Notes: a model not told the origin generated them from the sequence alone. Counted from the stretch's first letter, positions 49,173 to 59,989 are shown. The stretch is DNA of 64,000 nt from an uncultured Chloroflexia bacterium (GCA_963819655.1 CAWFXA010000002.1:1216001-1280000), one strand, 5' to 3'. Numbers and translations: made by a program.

Positions 49173-50852
49173 GTGACCGACACGCCGTCCGCCGTGAACG
49201 ACCTAGCTCACCGGTTCTGGGAGGGCGTCCTCGAGCTCAACCCGACCACGGCAACCTTCTATGGCGATACGCGCTACGCCGACCGGCTCGAGGACCCGTC
49301 GCCAGAGGGGCGCGCCCGGACACGCGCGCTCATGGAGAGGACGGCGGCCGAGGCGGCAGCTATCCCGGTCGATGGGCTGTCGACCGAGGAGCGCATCACC
49401 CGCGACATGCTCCAGGTCATCGGTGAGCTCGGGGTCGAGGAGGACGACCACGGCCTCCACCAGCTGCGGGTCGTGGACCAGATGGGTGGTCCCCAGCAGC
49501 TGCTGCCGCAACTGACGGCCTTCCAGCCGGTCGACACCCCGGAGCACCTCGAGGCGTTCATCGGGCGGTTGCACGCGTATCCCGCGTTCATGGCCGCCAA
49601 CACCGACATCCTGCGCGAGGCGTTGGCCAGCGGGCTGACAGCGCCGTCGATCGTGACCGAGCGCGTCATCGCCCAGCTCGAACGGATGCTGGCGATCCCG
49701 ATCGAGTCGGCCATCGTGCCGGGCTCGGTCCAGGGCGCCAGCGATGCCGATCGCGAACGGATCCGCGAGATCGTCCGTGACGAGATCTATCCGGCGGATG
49801 CGGCGTTCCTGGAGGCCATCCGCGGGGAGTACCGGCACGCGAGTCGCGAGGAGCCGGGCATCTGGTCTGCCCCGAACGGCGACGCCATCTATCGGACCGC
49901 GATCCGGGGCTGGACGACGCTCGAGATGGACCCGACGGAGATCCACAGCATCGGGCTGGATGAGCTCGCCGGGATCGACGACGAGCGCCGCACGATCGCC
50001 CGCTCCGCCGGGTTCGGCGACGACGTCGTCGCCTATCGCGCATCGCTCGACGACGCGCCGGGCAATACGCCGCGCTCGAAGGACGAGCTGGTCGCGCGCG
50101 CTCGCGAGGACATCGATCGCGCGATGGCCGAGGCGCCACGGTACTTCGGCAGATTGCCAATGGCCGGCCTCCAGGTGCGGCCGGTCGAGGAATACAAGGA
50201 GAAGGACGCCCCGTTCGCGTACTACTACCCGCCCTCGGCGACGGGCGACCGGGACGGCATCTACTACGCGAACGGCTACGACCTTCCTTCGCGCAAGTAC
50301 ACGAAGCTCGCCTCGACGACGTACCACGAGGCCGCCCCCGGCCACCACTTCCAGATCGCTCTCGAGATGGAGAACCCCGACCTGATCACGTTCCGGCGCC
50401 TCGGCGCGCGGATGGTCGGTGGGGCGTATGTCGAGGGCTGGGGCCTGTACAGCGAGCGCCTCGCGGATGAGATGGGGCTGTACCGATCGGAGGCGGAGCG
50501 GTTCGGCATGCTCGACGCGCAGGCCTGGCGCGCGGCGCGGCTCGTCGTCGACACGGGCATGCATGCGCTTCGTTGGGAGCGCCAACGCTCGATCGACTTC
50601 CTGCGCAACGACGCCGGCCTGTCCGAGACGGACGCGGTCATCGAGACCGACCGCTACATCTGCTGGCCGGGTCAGGCGCTCACGTACATGCTCGGCCAGC
50701 GCCAGATCCAGGCACTGCGGCGCCAGATCGCGGCCCGCGACGGGTCGCGCTTCGACCTGCGCGAGTTCCACGACCAGGTGCTCGGGCACGGGTCATTGCC
50801 ACTGGCGACTCTCGCTCGCGAGCTGCCGACCTGGGTCACCGCGCCGGCCTGA
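49173..50852 (+). CDS. DUF885 family putative metallopeptidase
   Basis: YHEAAPGHH.Q, EGWGLYSE, WRA.RLVVDTGMH, E.DRY..WPGQAL.Y..G, FH..VL..GSLPL. Confidence 0.93.
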   Translation: MTDTPSAVNDLAHRFWEGVLELNPTTATFYGDTRYADRLEDPSPEGRARTRALMERTAAEAAAIPVDGLSTEERITRDMLQVIGELGVEEDDHGLHQLRVVDQMGGPQQLLPQLTAFQPVDTPEHLEAFIGRLHAYPAFMAANTDILREALASGLTAPSIVTERVIAQLERMLAIPIESAIVPGSVQGASDADRERIREIVRDEIYPADAAFLEAIRGEYRHASREEPGIWSAPNGDAIYRTAIRGWTTLEMDPTEIHSIGLDELAGIDDERRTIARSAGFGDDVVAYRASLDDAPGNTPRSKDELVARAREDIDRAMAEAPRYFGRLPMAGLQVRPVEEYKEKDAPFAYYYPPSATGDRDGIYYANGYDLPSRKYTKLASTTYHEAAPGHHFQIALEMENPDLITFRRLGARMVGGAYVEGWGLYSERLADEMGLYRSEAERFGMLDAQAWRAARLVVDTGMHALRWERQRSIDFLRNDAGLSETDAVIETDRYICWPGQALTYMLGQRQIQALRRQIAARDGSRFDLREFHDQVLGHGSLPLATLARELPTWVTAPA

Positions 50853-51035
50853 CCCGGGCGCAGGCATCGCCGCCCTTCGCGGCGATCCTCGCGACATCCG
50901 ATTCCGTTGCGGCAGGGCACCACCTCGTGCGTCGTCCGGGCGGTTGCCGTTTGCGCTGCCGCCGGAGGGGCGGCACCATGGCAGACCCCAGCAGACCGCC
51001 CCTCATCGCCCCGCATCGCCAGGAGGAGGCCCGCC

Positions 51036-52808
51036 ATGCGCCCTGCCGCGACCTTCGCTCGAGCCGTCCCCGTCCGAGCTCTCGCGCTCGGCGCGATCGC
51101 GGCCCTGCTCCTCGGGACGGTCCCGGCAAGCGCCGCGGGTGGCGGGGTCAAGACCAGCCAAACAGCGATGCTGACCGCGGTCGGCGCCGGCATCACGGTC
51201 GAAGCGCTCATCACCGTCGGCGAGCCGGCCGGCGATGAGGGCTATATCTTCGAGTCGATCCCCGACGGGATCTCGATCGCAACCCGCGGCAAGGGCACGG
51301 TCGAGGTGTACGTCAACCATGAGACGTCACGCGTGCCCTTCCCGTATCCGCTCCCCCCTGGCACGCCGACCGCGACGAACGCTCAGAACGACTTCGACAA
51401 CGCGCAGATGAGCCGGCTGATCCTCAACCAGAAGAGCGCAGGCGTGCAGACGGGCAAGCTCGTCATCACGAGCGCCGAGAATTACCAGCGGTTCTGCTCG
51501 AACTACCTGGCCACCGCGGCCGAGGGATTTGACCGCGAACTCCTATTCACGAACGAGGAGACCCCGGACTGGGTCAATCGCAACGGGAATGCGTGGCCGA
51601 CCACGGTCGGTGCCTCCACCGCCCGCGAAGCCGGCGTGGTCGTTGCCTACGACCCCAAGACCGGCAAGAACCGGCCGATCTGGGGTATGGGTCGACACAA
51701 CCACGAGAACGCCGTGCCGATCCCCGGGTTCGACGACCTCGTCCTGCTGTCCGGCGACGACACGTTCACCAACAACCCGTCCCAGTCACAGCTCTATTCG
51801 TACATCGCCCCCAACGCCGACGCAGTGTGGAATGACGAGGGCACGCTCTGGGCGTTCGTGTCGGACAACGCCGACTACCAGATCTACGAGGACTTCGAGC
51901 CGGGCGATACGACCTCGATCAAGGGCCACTTCGTCGAAGTGCCGCGCCTGATCGCAACGGGTCGCAAGGCCGATGGGACCGAGCTGATGTCGGCCGACGT
52001 CCCGGCCAGCCTCGGCGGGCCGTTCCCGACGCCGCCCACGAGCAGCGCCTGGCAGCGCGATCCGGTCACCGGCGTCGGCGTCGACGGTCCACAGTGGGTG
52101 CTCGAATACTGGTCGCAACAGCACGACGTCTTCGATTTCGTGCGGGTGGAAGACATCGCCTACGACAAGCGAACCGGACAGTCGAACGTCGTCTACGTGG
52201 TCGACTCCGGTCGCGGCTTCACACCGGCGCCTCCGCCCGCCCCGCCGTCGCCGGCGTTCGGCCCCGGGCTCTCGACCAACGGTCGGGTCTGGAAGATGGT
52301 CCTGGATCCGGCCGATCCCAAGAAGGTGACCTCGCTGTCGATCCTGATCGAGGGCGATGACAAGGCCGTCAAGGCCGTCGACGAGATCCACCAGCCCGAC
52401 AACATCGAGTCGACCGTCAACGGTCTGTACTTCACGGAGGACCCGGGTTCGAGCCAGCAGTTCCCGGTCACGTCGACCGATCCCGCCGCGACCTCGGCGC
52501 GCGTCTGGCAGTACCGGTTCGACGCGGAGGCGGCGACGGTCGCCGCCGAGGTTGACCAGTCGCTCGACGAAGGAGGCACCGATGTCGACCTCGCGACGAC
52601 CAAGGGCAACCTCGGTGCATGGGAGGCAACCGGCATCGTCGATGCCTCGGCCGCCTTTGGCCCCGGTGCGTTCCTGGTGAACGTCCAGGCCCACTCTCTC
52701 TGGATCGATAAGCGAACGGGTGACGACAACTTCCCGCCAGCCGGCCCCGAGGTCACCGACAAGAAGGAGGGCGGGCAGCTGTTGCTCGTTCGCATCCCGA
52801 ACGGCTGA
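51036..52808 (+). CDS. Secreted PhoX-like (DUF839) beta-propeller phosphatase
   Basis: RBS AGGAGGAGG; signal peptide; PDG, VNHE, RFCS, MGRHNHENA, F.RVED, PDNI, TED, WE.TG, VNVQAH. Confidence 0.8.
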   Translation: MRPAATFARAVPVRALALGAIAALLLGTVPASAAGGGVKTSQTAMLTAVGAGITVEALITVGEPAGDEGYIFESIPDGISIATRGKGTVEVYVNHETSRVPFPYPLPPGTPTATNAQNDFDNAQMSRLILNQKSAGVQTGKLVITSAENYQRFCSNYLATAAEGFDRELLFTNEETPDWVNRNGNAWPTTVGASTAREAGVVVAYDPKTGKNRPIWGMGRHNHENAVPIPGFDDLVLLSGDDTFTNNPSQSQLYSYIAPNADAVWNDEGTLWAFVSDNADYQIYEDFEPGDTTSIKGHFVEVPRLIATGRKADGTELMSADVPASLGGPFPTPPTSSAWQRDPVTGVGVDGPQWVLEYWSQQHDVFDFVRVEDIAYDKRTGQSNVVYVVDSGRGFTPAPPPAPPSPAFGPGLSTNGRVWKMVLDPADPKKVTSLSILIEGDDKAVKAVDEIHQPDNIESTVNGLYFTEDPGSSQQFPVTSTDPAATSARVWQYRFDAEAATVAAEVDQSLDEGGTDVDLATTKGNLGAWEATGIVDASAAFGPGAFLVNVQAHSLWIDKRTGDDNFPPAGPEVTDKKEGGQLLLVRIPNG

Positions 52809-52828
52809 ACCACGCCCCCAGCGCCGCT

Positions 52829-52855
52829 CGAGGCCCCGCCATCGGCGGGGCCTCG
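52829..52855. terminator. Hairpin between convergent genes (probable bidirectional terminator)
   Basis: Perfect 12-bp stem CGAGGCCCCGCC-ATC-GGCGGGGCCTCG; no U-tract. Confidence 0.65.
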
Positions 52856-52891
52856 GCGCGTCAACCGCCCGTGGCAGCCGCTAGACGACGC

Positions 52892-54301
52892 TCACGAATC
52901 GAAGCCGATCCCGGCGGCATCGAGCGTGCGCAGGATCAAGCCCCGGCGGCCCTCGTTTCGGTCCGCACGATCGAGCTCGTGGCGGACGGTCTCGACCGCG
53001 AAGGAGCGGAGCGGTTCGGGCGGGAACGGGACGGGCGGGCTCGTCACGAGCCGTAGCCGCAGGCGATCCTCGCCGGGACGCAGGATGAAGTCGCGGACGA
53101 CGCCCGCCGCCCACCTGCTCGCGCCGACGCCGAGCCCGGTGTACCCGAGTGCGTATGTCACGCGTCCGCCGAGGATCTGGCCGAACGTCACGGTGAACCG
53201 CGAGGTCGTATCGATCGCCCCGCCCCAGCGATAGGGGAAGCCGAGTCCCGCGAGCTGCGGGAACGCCCGGAAGAACTGCGCCTCGAGCTTGTCGAATGTC
53301 TGCGGGCGCCGGTCGAGATCAGGGCCGACCCGGCTGCCACGGTGGTGGACGGCGTCGTAGCCGCCCCACAGGATCCGATCGTCGGCGGTCAGCCTGAAGT
53401 AGTGGAACTGGTTGTTGGCGTCCGACAGTCCCTGGCGCCGTCGCCAGCCGATCGCGTCGCGCTGGTCGGGCGTCAAGGGCTCCGACACCAGGGCATAGTC
53501 GTAGACCGGGACGAACGTCGACGCCAGGCGGGCCAGCCAGCCCGAATAGGCCGATGTGGCGACGACGACGTGGTCCGCGACGACCAGGCCGGCCCCAGCC
53601 GTCCGAACCTCCACGCGTCCGGCCCGGCGCTCAAGGCTCGTCACACGCGTGCCCTCGTGGATCCGGACACCCCGTTCGCGCGCCACCCGCGCGATGCCCC
53701 GACACAGCTTCGCCGGGTCGACGAGGATGTCGCGCCCCGGTGGGCGATAGACACCGGCATGCCACAGCGGCGAGTGGACCTCCTCACGAGCCGCGTCCCG
53801 GTCGAGGAACTCGAGGCGCTCGCCGTGCTCGGCGGCCTCGTCGACCCACGCGCGGAACTCGTCGACCTGGTAGGGCTGGTCGGCGAGTGCCAGTATCCCG
53901 GTCTCCTCGAGATCACAGTCGATGCCGTGCTCGCGCGTGAACGCGACGAGCGCCTCGAGGTTGTCGATGCCTTCGCGCTCGAGGCGTTCCAGCTCATCGG
54001 GGAAGTGCTTGATGCCGTTGGCCAGACCATGCGTGAGGCTGGCTTCGCAGAACCCGCCGTTGCGGCCGCTCGCACCGAACGCGATCGTCTCCATCTCGAG
54101 CACGACGACGCGGAGGCTCGGGTCCGAATCGGTCAAGGCGATCGCGGTCCACAGGCCTGTGAACCCGCCACCGATGATGGCCACATCGACCGCGACGCGC
54201 TCACCCGGTGCCAGAGGCGGGTCGGCGACGCCGTCCGGCGCCGGATCGCGCAGCCAGAACGACACGGGTTCGTGGATCGGGTCAGGACGCGGGTTCGTCA
54301 C
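52892..54301 (-). CDS. FAD-dependent oxidoreductase (PuuB/DAO-like amine oxidase)
   Basis: IIGGGFTGLW.A, GASGRNGG, P.KL..G, YFRLT.D.RILWGG, WGG, GYTG.GV. Confidence 0.88.
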   Translation of the reverse strand: MTNPRPDPIHEPVSFWLRDPAPDGVADPPLAPGERVAVDVAIIGGGFTGLWTAIALTDSDPSLRVVVLEMETIAFGASGRNGGFCEASLTHGLANGIKHFPDELERLEREGIDNLEALVAFTREHGIDCDLEETGILALADQPYQVDEFRAWVDEAAEHGERLEFLDRDAAREEVHSPLWHAGVYRPPGRDILVDPAKLCRGIARVARERGVRIHEGTRVTSLERRAGRVEVRTAGAGLVVADHVVVATSAYSGWLARLASTFVPVYDYALVSEPLTPDQRDAIGWRRRQGLSDANNQFHYFRLTADDRILWGGYDAVHHRGSRVGPDLDRRPQTFDKLEAQFFRAFPQLAGLGFPYRWGGAIDTTSRFTVTFGQILGGRVTYALGYTGLGVGASRWAAGVVRDFILRPGEDRLRLRLVTSPPVPFPPEPLRSFAVETVRHELDRADRNEGRRGLILRTLDAAGIGFDS

Positions 54302-54522
54302 GCGGTCATGGTGGCACGTCCGGCTGACGCGCCACGCAGACCTGCGGTATTCGTGGTACCCCCGTCAGCTGCCGCGCGATTCGTGGCATCCGCGGCGCGA
54401 CCGGACGAATGTCGCGTTGACGGCCCCTTTGACCGTATGGCACGATGAGCGCCCGCGCGTCCCGTATCGCGCAACGCCCGTCCCACGCTTCGGGCCGTCC
54501 AACGCCGCCACCTGAGGAGCTC

Positions 54523-55926
54523 ATGGCCACCGAGCCCGCCGCCGCCCGCGTCACCCCACGCCTCCGCCGCGATCGCCAGCTGGCGTTGTTCCGGCGCGCC
54601 TCGCAGCGGATGCCCGGCGGAGCCGACTCGAACTTCCGCGCGTGGGGCGAGAGCACGATCTATGTCGATCGCGGCAAGGGTGGCCTCGTCTGGGATGCCG
54701 ATGGCAACGAGTTCGTCGACCTTCGGATGGGTTACGGGCCGGTCATCCTCGGACATGGCGACCCGCGCGTCGACGACTACGTCAACGAGCGCATGCGCCA
54801 GGGCGTCAGCTTCAGCCTGACCAGCGCGGACGAGATCCAGGCGATCGAGCTCCTGTGCGATCTGACGGGCTGGGTCGACATGGCGCGGCTGACCGTGTCC
54901 GGGACCGAGGCGACGATGCACGCGATGCGTCTCGCCCGCGCGTTCACCGGTCGCGAGCGCATCGTGAAGTTCGAAGGCCAGTACCACGGTGTCCACGACT
55001 ACGCTCTGATCAGCGTCGGCCCGGACGACATGTCCGAGCTCGGCGACCCGGACGCTCCGGTCGCGCTGGCTTGGGGTCGCGGGATCCCCGGCGCGGTCGC
55101 GGAGACGATGATCCCCGCCCGCTACAACCGGATCGACCGGCTGCGCACCCTCTTCGAGCAGCGCGGCGAGGAGATCGCCGCGATCATCGTCGAGCCGGTC
55201 CTCGGCAACGCCCAGGCGATCATGCCCGAGCCTGGCTTCCACAAGGAGATGCGCGCGCTCACCGAGGAGTTCGGGATCCTGCTGATCTTCGACGAGGTCA
55301 AGACCGGCTTCCGCTTCGCGCGGGGCGGCGCCGCGGAGTTCTTCGGCGTAACGCCCGACCTCGCGACCTACGCCAAGGCGATGGGCAACGGCTACCCGGC
55401 CGCGGCGTTCGGCGGCCGGCGCGACATCATGGAGCTGCTTCCAGACAAGGTGAGCCACGGCGGGACGTACGCCGGGAACCGGGTCGCCGCCGCGGCCGCC
55501 GTCGCGACGCTCCAGATCCTGCGGGACACAAACGCGCTCGAGACGATCCACGCGACCGGCCGGACGATCCAGGACGGCCTGAGGGAGATCCTGGATCCTG
55601 TCGGGCTGCCGTATCACTTCACCGGCCATCCGGCGATGTTCGGGATCATGTTCCGCGAGGAGGTCGCGACGGAGTACCGCGACTGGGCCACCAGCGATCA
55701 CGAGCTGTACGACGCGATCGCGATCGGTATGCACGCGCGCGGGGCGATGCCGGAGCCCGACTCGCGCGAGCCGTGGTTCATGTGCGAGGCGCACGCCGAT
55801 GCCGACATCATCGATCGGGTGCTGACCGCGTTCCAGGAGTCGCTCGACGCCGCGCTCGACGAGCGCGCCCATGGCGGACCTGCCCCGACGCCGCACGGCG
55901 GCATGGCCTCCCCGGCAGCCGGCTGA
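54523..55926 (+). CDS. Class III aminotransferase (GSA-aminomutase-like)
   Basis: WDADGNEF.D, GYGP.ILGH, SGTEATM, KFEG.YHG, IVEP, LIFDEVKTGFR, PDL.TYAKAMG.G, HGGTY.GN. Confidence 0.88.
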   Translation: MATEPAAARVTPRLRRDRQLALFRRASQRMPGGADSNFRAWGESTIYVDRGKGGLVWDADGNEFVDLRMGYGPVILGHGDPRVDDYVNERMRQGVSFSLTSADEIQAIELLCDLTGWVDMARLTVSGTEATMHAMRLARAFTGRERIVKFEGQYHGVHDYALISVGPDDMSELGDPDAPVALAWGRGIPGAVAETMIPARYNRIDRLRTLFEQRGEEIAAIIVEPVLGNAQAIMPEPGFHKEMRALTEEFGILLIFDEVKTGFRFARGGAAEFFGVTPDLATYAKAMGNGYPAAAFGGRRDIMELLPDKVSHGGTYAGNRVAAAAAVATLQILRDTNALETIHATGRTIQDGLREILDPVGLPYHFTGHPAMFGIMFREEVATEYRDWATSDHELYDAIAIGMHARGAMPEPDSREPWFMCEAHADADIIDRVLTAFQESLDAALDERAHGGPAPTPHGGMASPAAG

Positions 55927-55939
55927 GCGCGGACGGCCG

Positions 55940-57025
55940 ATGGTCCTCGACGGCAACGCGGTCCGCTCGGTCGACCGGGCCGCCGCGCTCCTTCTGGCCC
56001 TCGGCGAGTCCCAGGGCGAGGCAGGCGTGACCGAGCTGGCCCGGCGGTTGGGACTCCACAAGTCGACGGCCTCGCGTCTGCTGGCGACCCTCCAGCGGCG
56101 GGGCCTGGTCGAGCAGGACGACGAGACCGGGAAGTACCGGCTCGGGCTGGTCGTCATCCGGCTGGCCGAGCGCGCCGAGCGCACCCTCGACCTCAGAGGG
56201 ATCGCGATGCCGGAGCTGGAGCGACTCGCGCGGCTCACGCATGAGACGACCGGTGTCGGCATCCTCGACGGGGAGTCGCTGCTGACCGTCGCGCAGGTCG
56301 ACGGTCCGAACCTCATCGCCGTCGGCGACTGGACAGGGCGGTCGACTCCGCTCCATTGCGTCGCATCGGGCAAGGTGCTGATGTCCTCCCTGGCCGAGCG
56401 CGAGGTGTTGCGCATCGTCCGGCGCGGTCTCATCCAGTACACGGAGCGGACGATCGTCGAGCTCGAGCCCCTGCTCGAGGAGCTCGCGCGGATCCGGCGG
56501 CGCGGTTACGCGACCGCGATCGGCGAGTACGAGCTGGGCCTGAACGCCGTGAGCGCCCCGATCCACGATGCGCGGGGCAATGTCATCGCCGCGGTCGACA
56601 TCTGGGGCCCGGCGTTCCGGCTGACGCCGCGGCGCATCCCCGAACTGGCCGCCCAGGCCCGCGAGGCCGCGGCGGCGATCTCCGTCCGCCTCGGCGGCAC
56701 GGTCCCCGAGCGGCAGGCCGACGCCCCCGGTCCACGCGACGGCCTGAGCCGGCCAGGGGCGCCCTACCGGCCCCCGAGCGAAAGGGCCGCTGGCGGTCGC
56801 CATGTGATTGTTGCTCACACGCACGTCATTCGAACAAAACGTTCATGGCCATCAGCTCAGGCCGCGCGAATCCCCAGCTGGAGCGCATGGCGCACGCTCA
56901 TTCATGCGGATCGCGTGGGCAGGAGCGACACGCCGCCGAGTCGCCGGGCCGCATCGGCTGATGAGTCAAGCAGGACCCTCTTAGCCTGCGACTCACTCGC
57001 TAGGCTGTATCGATGCTCGAGCTGA
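55940..57025 (+). CDS. IclR family regulator (true stop probably near 56747; last ~90 codons likely read-through)
   Basis: RSVDRA...GVTELA..LGLHKST.SRLL.TL, HETT, PLHC.ASGK, IRRRGYA, VSAPI, ISVRLG. Confidence 0.9.
   Translation: MVLDGNAVRSVDRAAALLLALGESQGEAGVTELARRLGLHKSTASRLLATLQRRGLVEQDDETGKYRLGLVVIRLAERAERTLDLRGIAMPELERLARLTHETTGVGILDGESLLTVAQVDGPNLIAVGDWTGRSTPLHCVASGKVLMSSLAEREVLRIVRRGLIQYTERTIVELEPLLEELARIRRRGYATAIGEYELGLNAVSAPIHDARGNVIAAVDIWGPAFRLTPRRIPELAAQAREAAAAISVRLGGTVPERQADAPGPRDGLSRPGAPYRPPSERAAGGRHVIVAHTHVIRTKRSWPSAQAARIPSWSAWRTLIHADRVGRSDTPPSRRAASADESSRTLLACDSLARLYRCSS
56810..56929. repeat. 120-bp palindromic dispersed element, copy B
   Basis: Starts GTTGCTCACACGCAC, ends AGCGAC; same length and colinear motifs as 42144-42263. 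Confidence 0.75.
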
Positions 57026-57963
57026 CGTCCGCCGAGGTCGCCGACCTCGTCCGTACCACGCTGCTGCCGATCCTCCTCGTCCTCGTTTTCGCGGTGATCG
57101 CGACACGCCTGGCGAGCTCGTTCGTGCACGGCATCGTCAAGGCCCTCTTCGACCGCGAGGCGACCGAGGGGACGGCGCAGGAGCTGAGCGCCGTCGAGCT
57201 CAAGAAGCGGATGGACACGCTCGAGGGCCTGGGTGCCCGCGCGATCCAGTTCTTCATCGTGGTCATCGCGGCGCTGATGATCCTCGGCCGGCTCGGGCTC
57301 GATATCGGCCCGGCGGTGGCAGGACTCGGCGTCATCGGGATCGCCGTGGGCTTCGGCGCCCAGACGCTCGTCCGCGACTACCTGAACGGCTCCCTCATCC
57401 TCATCGAGAACCAGTTCAGTGTCGGCGACGTCGTCCGGCTGGCTGGCGTGGCCGGCACCGTCGAGGACTTCAACCTGCGACGCACGACCGTCCGCGACAT
57501 CGATGGCGTCGTTCACACCATCCCCAACGGCGAGATCAAAGTGGCGTCCAACCTGACCCGTGTCTGGGCCAGGATCAACCAGGACGTCACCGTCGCCTAC
57601 GGCACCGACATCGACAAGGCGATCGACGTCGTCGACAGCCTCGGCAAGGCGATGGCCGAGGACCCCATCTGGAAGCGCCGCATCCTCGAGCCGCCGCGAG
57701 TCGAGCGGGTCGAGGCTCTCGGCGAATACGGCGTCACGCTCAAGATCCTCGGCTCGGTGCGCGCACCGGAGCAATGGGCCGCCGCCGGCGAGTTCCGCAA
57801 GCGGCTCCTCGCCGCGCTCGAAGCGAACGGCATCGAGATCCCCCGGCCCCAGCGCGTGGTGCTCTCCCGCGACCCGGACGATCCGAGCGTCCTGACTGCC
57901 TCGGGCTTGGGAGCCACCGGCGCCGACGACACGTCCGGCAGCCAGCCTGGGTCGCGGGGCTGA
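57013..57963 (+). CDS. MscS-family mechanosensitive channel
   Basis: AG.G..GIA.GFGAQ.LV.D...G..IL.ENQF.VGD, G.VE...LR.T..RD.DG.VH.IPNG. Confidence 0.92.
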   Translation: MLELTSAEVADLVRTTLLPILLVLVFAVIATRLASSFVHGIVKALFDREATEGTAQELSAVELKKRMDTLEGLGARAIQFFIVVIAALMILGRLGLDIGPAVAGLGVIGIAVGFGAQTLVRDYLNGSLILIENQFSVGDVVRLAGVAGTVEDFNLRRTTVRDIDGVVHTIPNGEIKVASNLTRVWARINQDVTVAYGTDIDKAIDVVDSLGKAMAEDPIWKRRILEPPRVERVEALGEYGVTLKILGSVRAPEQWAAAGEFRKRLLAALEANGIEIPRPQRVVLSRDPDDPSVLTASGLGATGADDTSGSQPGSRG

Positions 57964-58001
57964 CAAGGTAGGATGACCCGGCCAACCGACTCCGGAGGTG
58001 T

Positions 58002-59988
58002 GTGTCCGTGAGCCTCGACCAGTCCTCCACGCCGACCGCCGAGATCGAGAACCTCCTTGCCGAGGACCGGACGTTCCCGCCCGATCCGGCGTTCACCGCG
58101 CAGGCCAACGCGACGGCGGCGCTCTACGAGGAGGCCGAGGCCGACCCGGAGGCCTTCTGGGCACGACTCGCCCGCGAGCGGATCGACTGGGTCGAGGACT
58201 TCCACACGACCCTCGAGTGGGACCTGCCGTTCGCAAAGTGGTTCGTCGGTGGCAAGCTGAACCTGGCGTACAACTGCATCGACCGCCACGTCGAGCGCGG
58301 TCTCGGGGACAAGGTCGCATATCACTGGATCGGCGAACCCGGCGACACCCGGACGATCACCTTTGCGGACCTCCAGCGCGAGGTCAGCAAGGCGGCCAAC
58401 GCCCTCCTCGAGCTCGGGGTGACCACCGGCGACCGCGTTGCGATCTACATGCCGATGATCCCGGAGCTGCCGATCGCGATGCTGGCCTGCGCGCGGATCG
58501 GCGCGCCCCACACGGTTGTGTTCGGTGGCTTCTCCGCGGAGGCGCTGAGCGGGCGCATCAACGACGCCGAGGCCAAGCTGGTCATCACGGCCGACGGTGG
58601 CTGGCGGCGCGGCAAGCCCGCGCCGCTGAAGCCGGCCGTCGACGACGCACTGACCCAGACCCCGTCGGTCGAGCACACGATCGTCGTCCGTCGCCTCGGC
58701 GACGAGGTCGAGGGCGGGACCTCGATGTCGGATGGCCGCGACGTGTGGTGGCACGACATCGTCGATCGCCAGCCGGAGACGAACAAGCCGGTCGCGCTCG
58801 ACAGCGAGCACATGCTGTACCTGCTGTACACCTCGGGCACCACCGCCAAGCCCAAGGGCATCATCCACACGAGCGCCGGCTATCTCCTCGGCGCGAGCTT
58901 CACCCACGAGATGGTCTTCGACGTGAAGCCCGACGACGTGTACTGGTGTGCGGCGGACGTCGGCTGGGTGACCGGCCACAGCTACATCGTCTACGGCCCG
59001 CTCGCCAACGCCACGACCAGCGTGCTCTACGAGGGCACTCCGGACACCCCGGATTGGGGCCGCTGGTGGCAGATCATCGAGGACTACAAGGTCAACATCC
59101 TGTACTGCGCACCAACGGCCATTCGCGCCCACATGAAGCAGGGGGCCGAGTGGGCCCACGCGCACGACCTCTCGAGCCTGCGCGTCCTGGGCTCGGTCGG
59201 CGAGCCGATCAACCCGGTCGCCTGGCTCTGGTACGACAAGCACATCGGCCGCGGTCGCACGCCGATCGTCGACACGTGGTGGCAGACCGAGACCGGCATG
59301 ATCATGATCACGCCGCTCCCCGGGGTGACCGTCACGAAGCCCGGCAGTGCCACTTTCCCGTTCCCGGGCATCGAGGTCGACGTCATCGACCGCGCCGGCA
59401 ACTCGGTGCCGCTGGGCGGTGGTGGGCTGCTCGTCCTGAAGCGGCCGTGGCCGGCGATGCTGCGCGGCATCTATGGCGATCCGGAGCGATACAAGGAGAC
59501 GTACTGGAGCCGATTCCCCGGCCTGTACTTCGCCGGCGACGGGGCGAAACGGGACAAGGACGGCTATCTGTGGCTGCTCGGTCGCGTCGATGACGTCATG
59601 AACGTGTCAGGTCATCGACTCTCGACGACCGAGATCGAGAGCGCGCTCGTGTCGCCACCCGGCCGTGGCCGAGGCGGCGGTCGTCGGCGGCCCCGACCCG
59701 ATCACGGGCGAGGCCATCAACGCCTTCGTGATCCTGCGCCTCGGCAACGAGGCCAACCCGGCGCTCGGCGAGGAGCTGCGCAATCACGTCTCGACCAAGA
59801 TCAGCCCGATCGCCAAGCCGAAGACGTTGATGTTCGTGCCCGACCTGCCGAAGACCCGGTCGGGCAAGATCATGCGCCGGCTCCTGCGCGATATCGCCCA
59901 GGGCCGCACGCTGGGCGACACCACGACCCTGGCCGACGCGAATGTCGTCGACCTGATCCGGTCGAATTCCGGCGCCGCGGAGGAATGA
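58002..59988 (+). CDS. acs: Acetyl-CoA synthetase (one +1 frameshift near 59655)
   Basis: [53 protein letters not shown]; [12 protein letters not shown] is in the next frame. Confidence 0.95.
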
Positions 59989-59989
59989 T

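Noticed and set aside
54523-55926. Calling this gene hemL
   Set aside because: Family similarity only; there is no hem context and the neighbours suggest amine catabolism.
59640-59670. Programmed frameshift in acs
   Set aside because: One extra base in the conserved [12 protein letters not shown] segment, with no slippery heptamer; it matches the insertion errors seen elsewhere.
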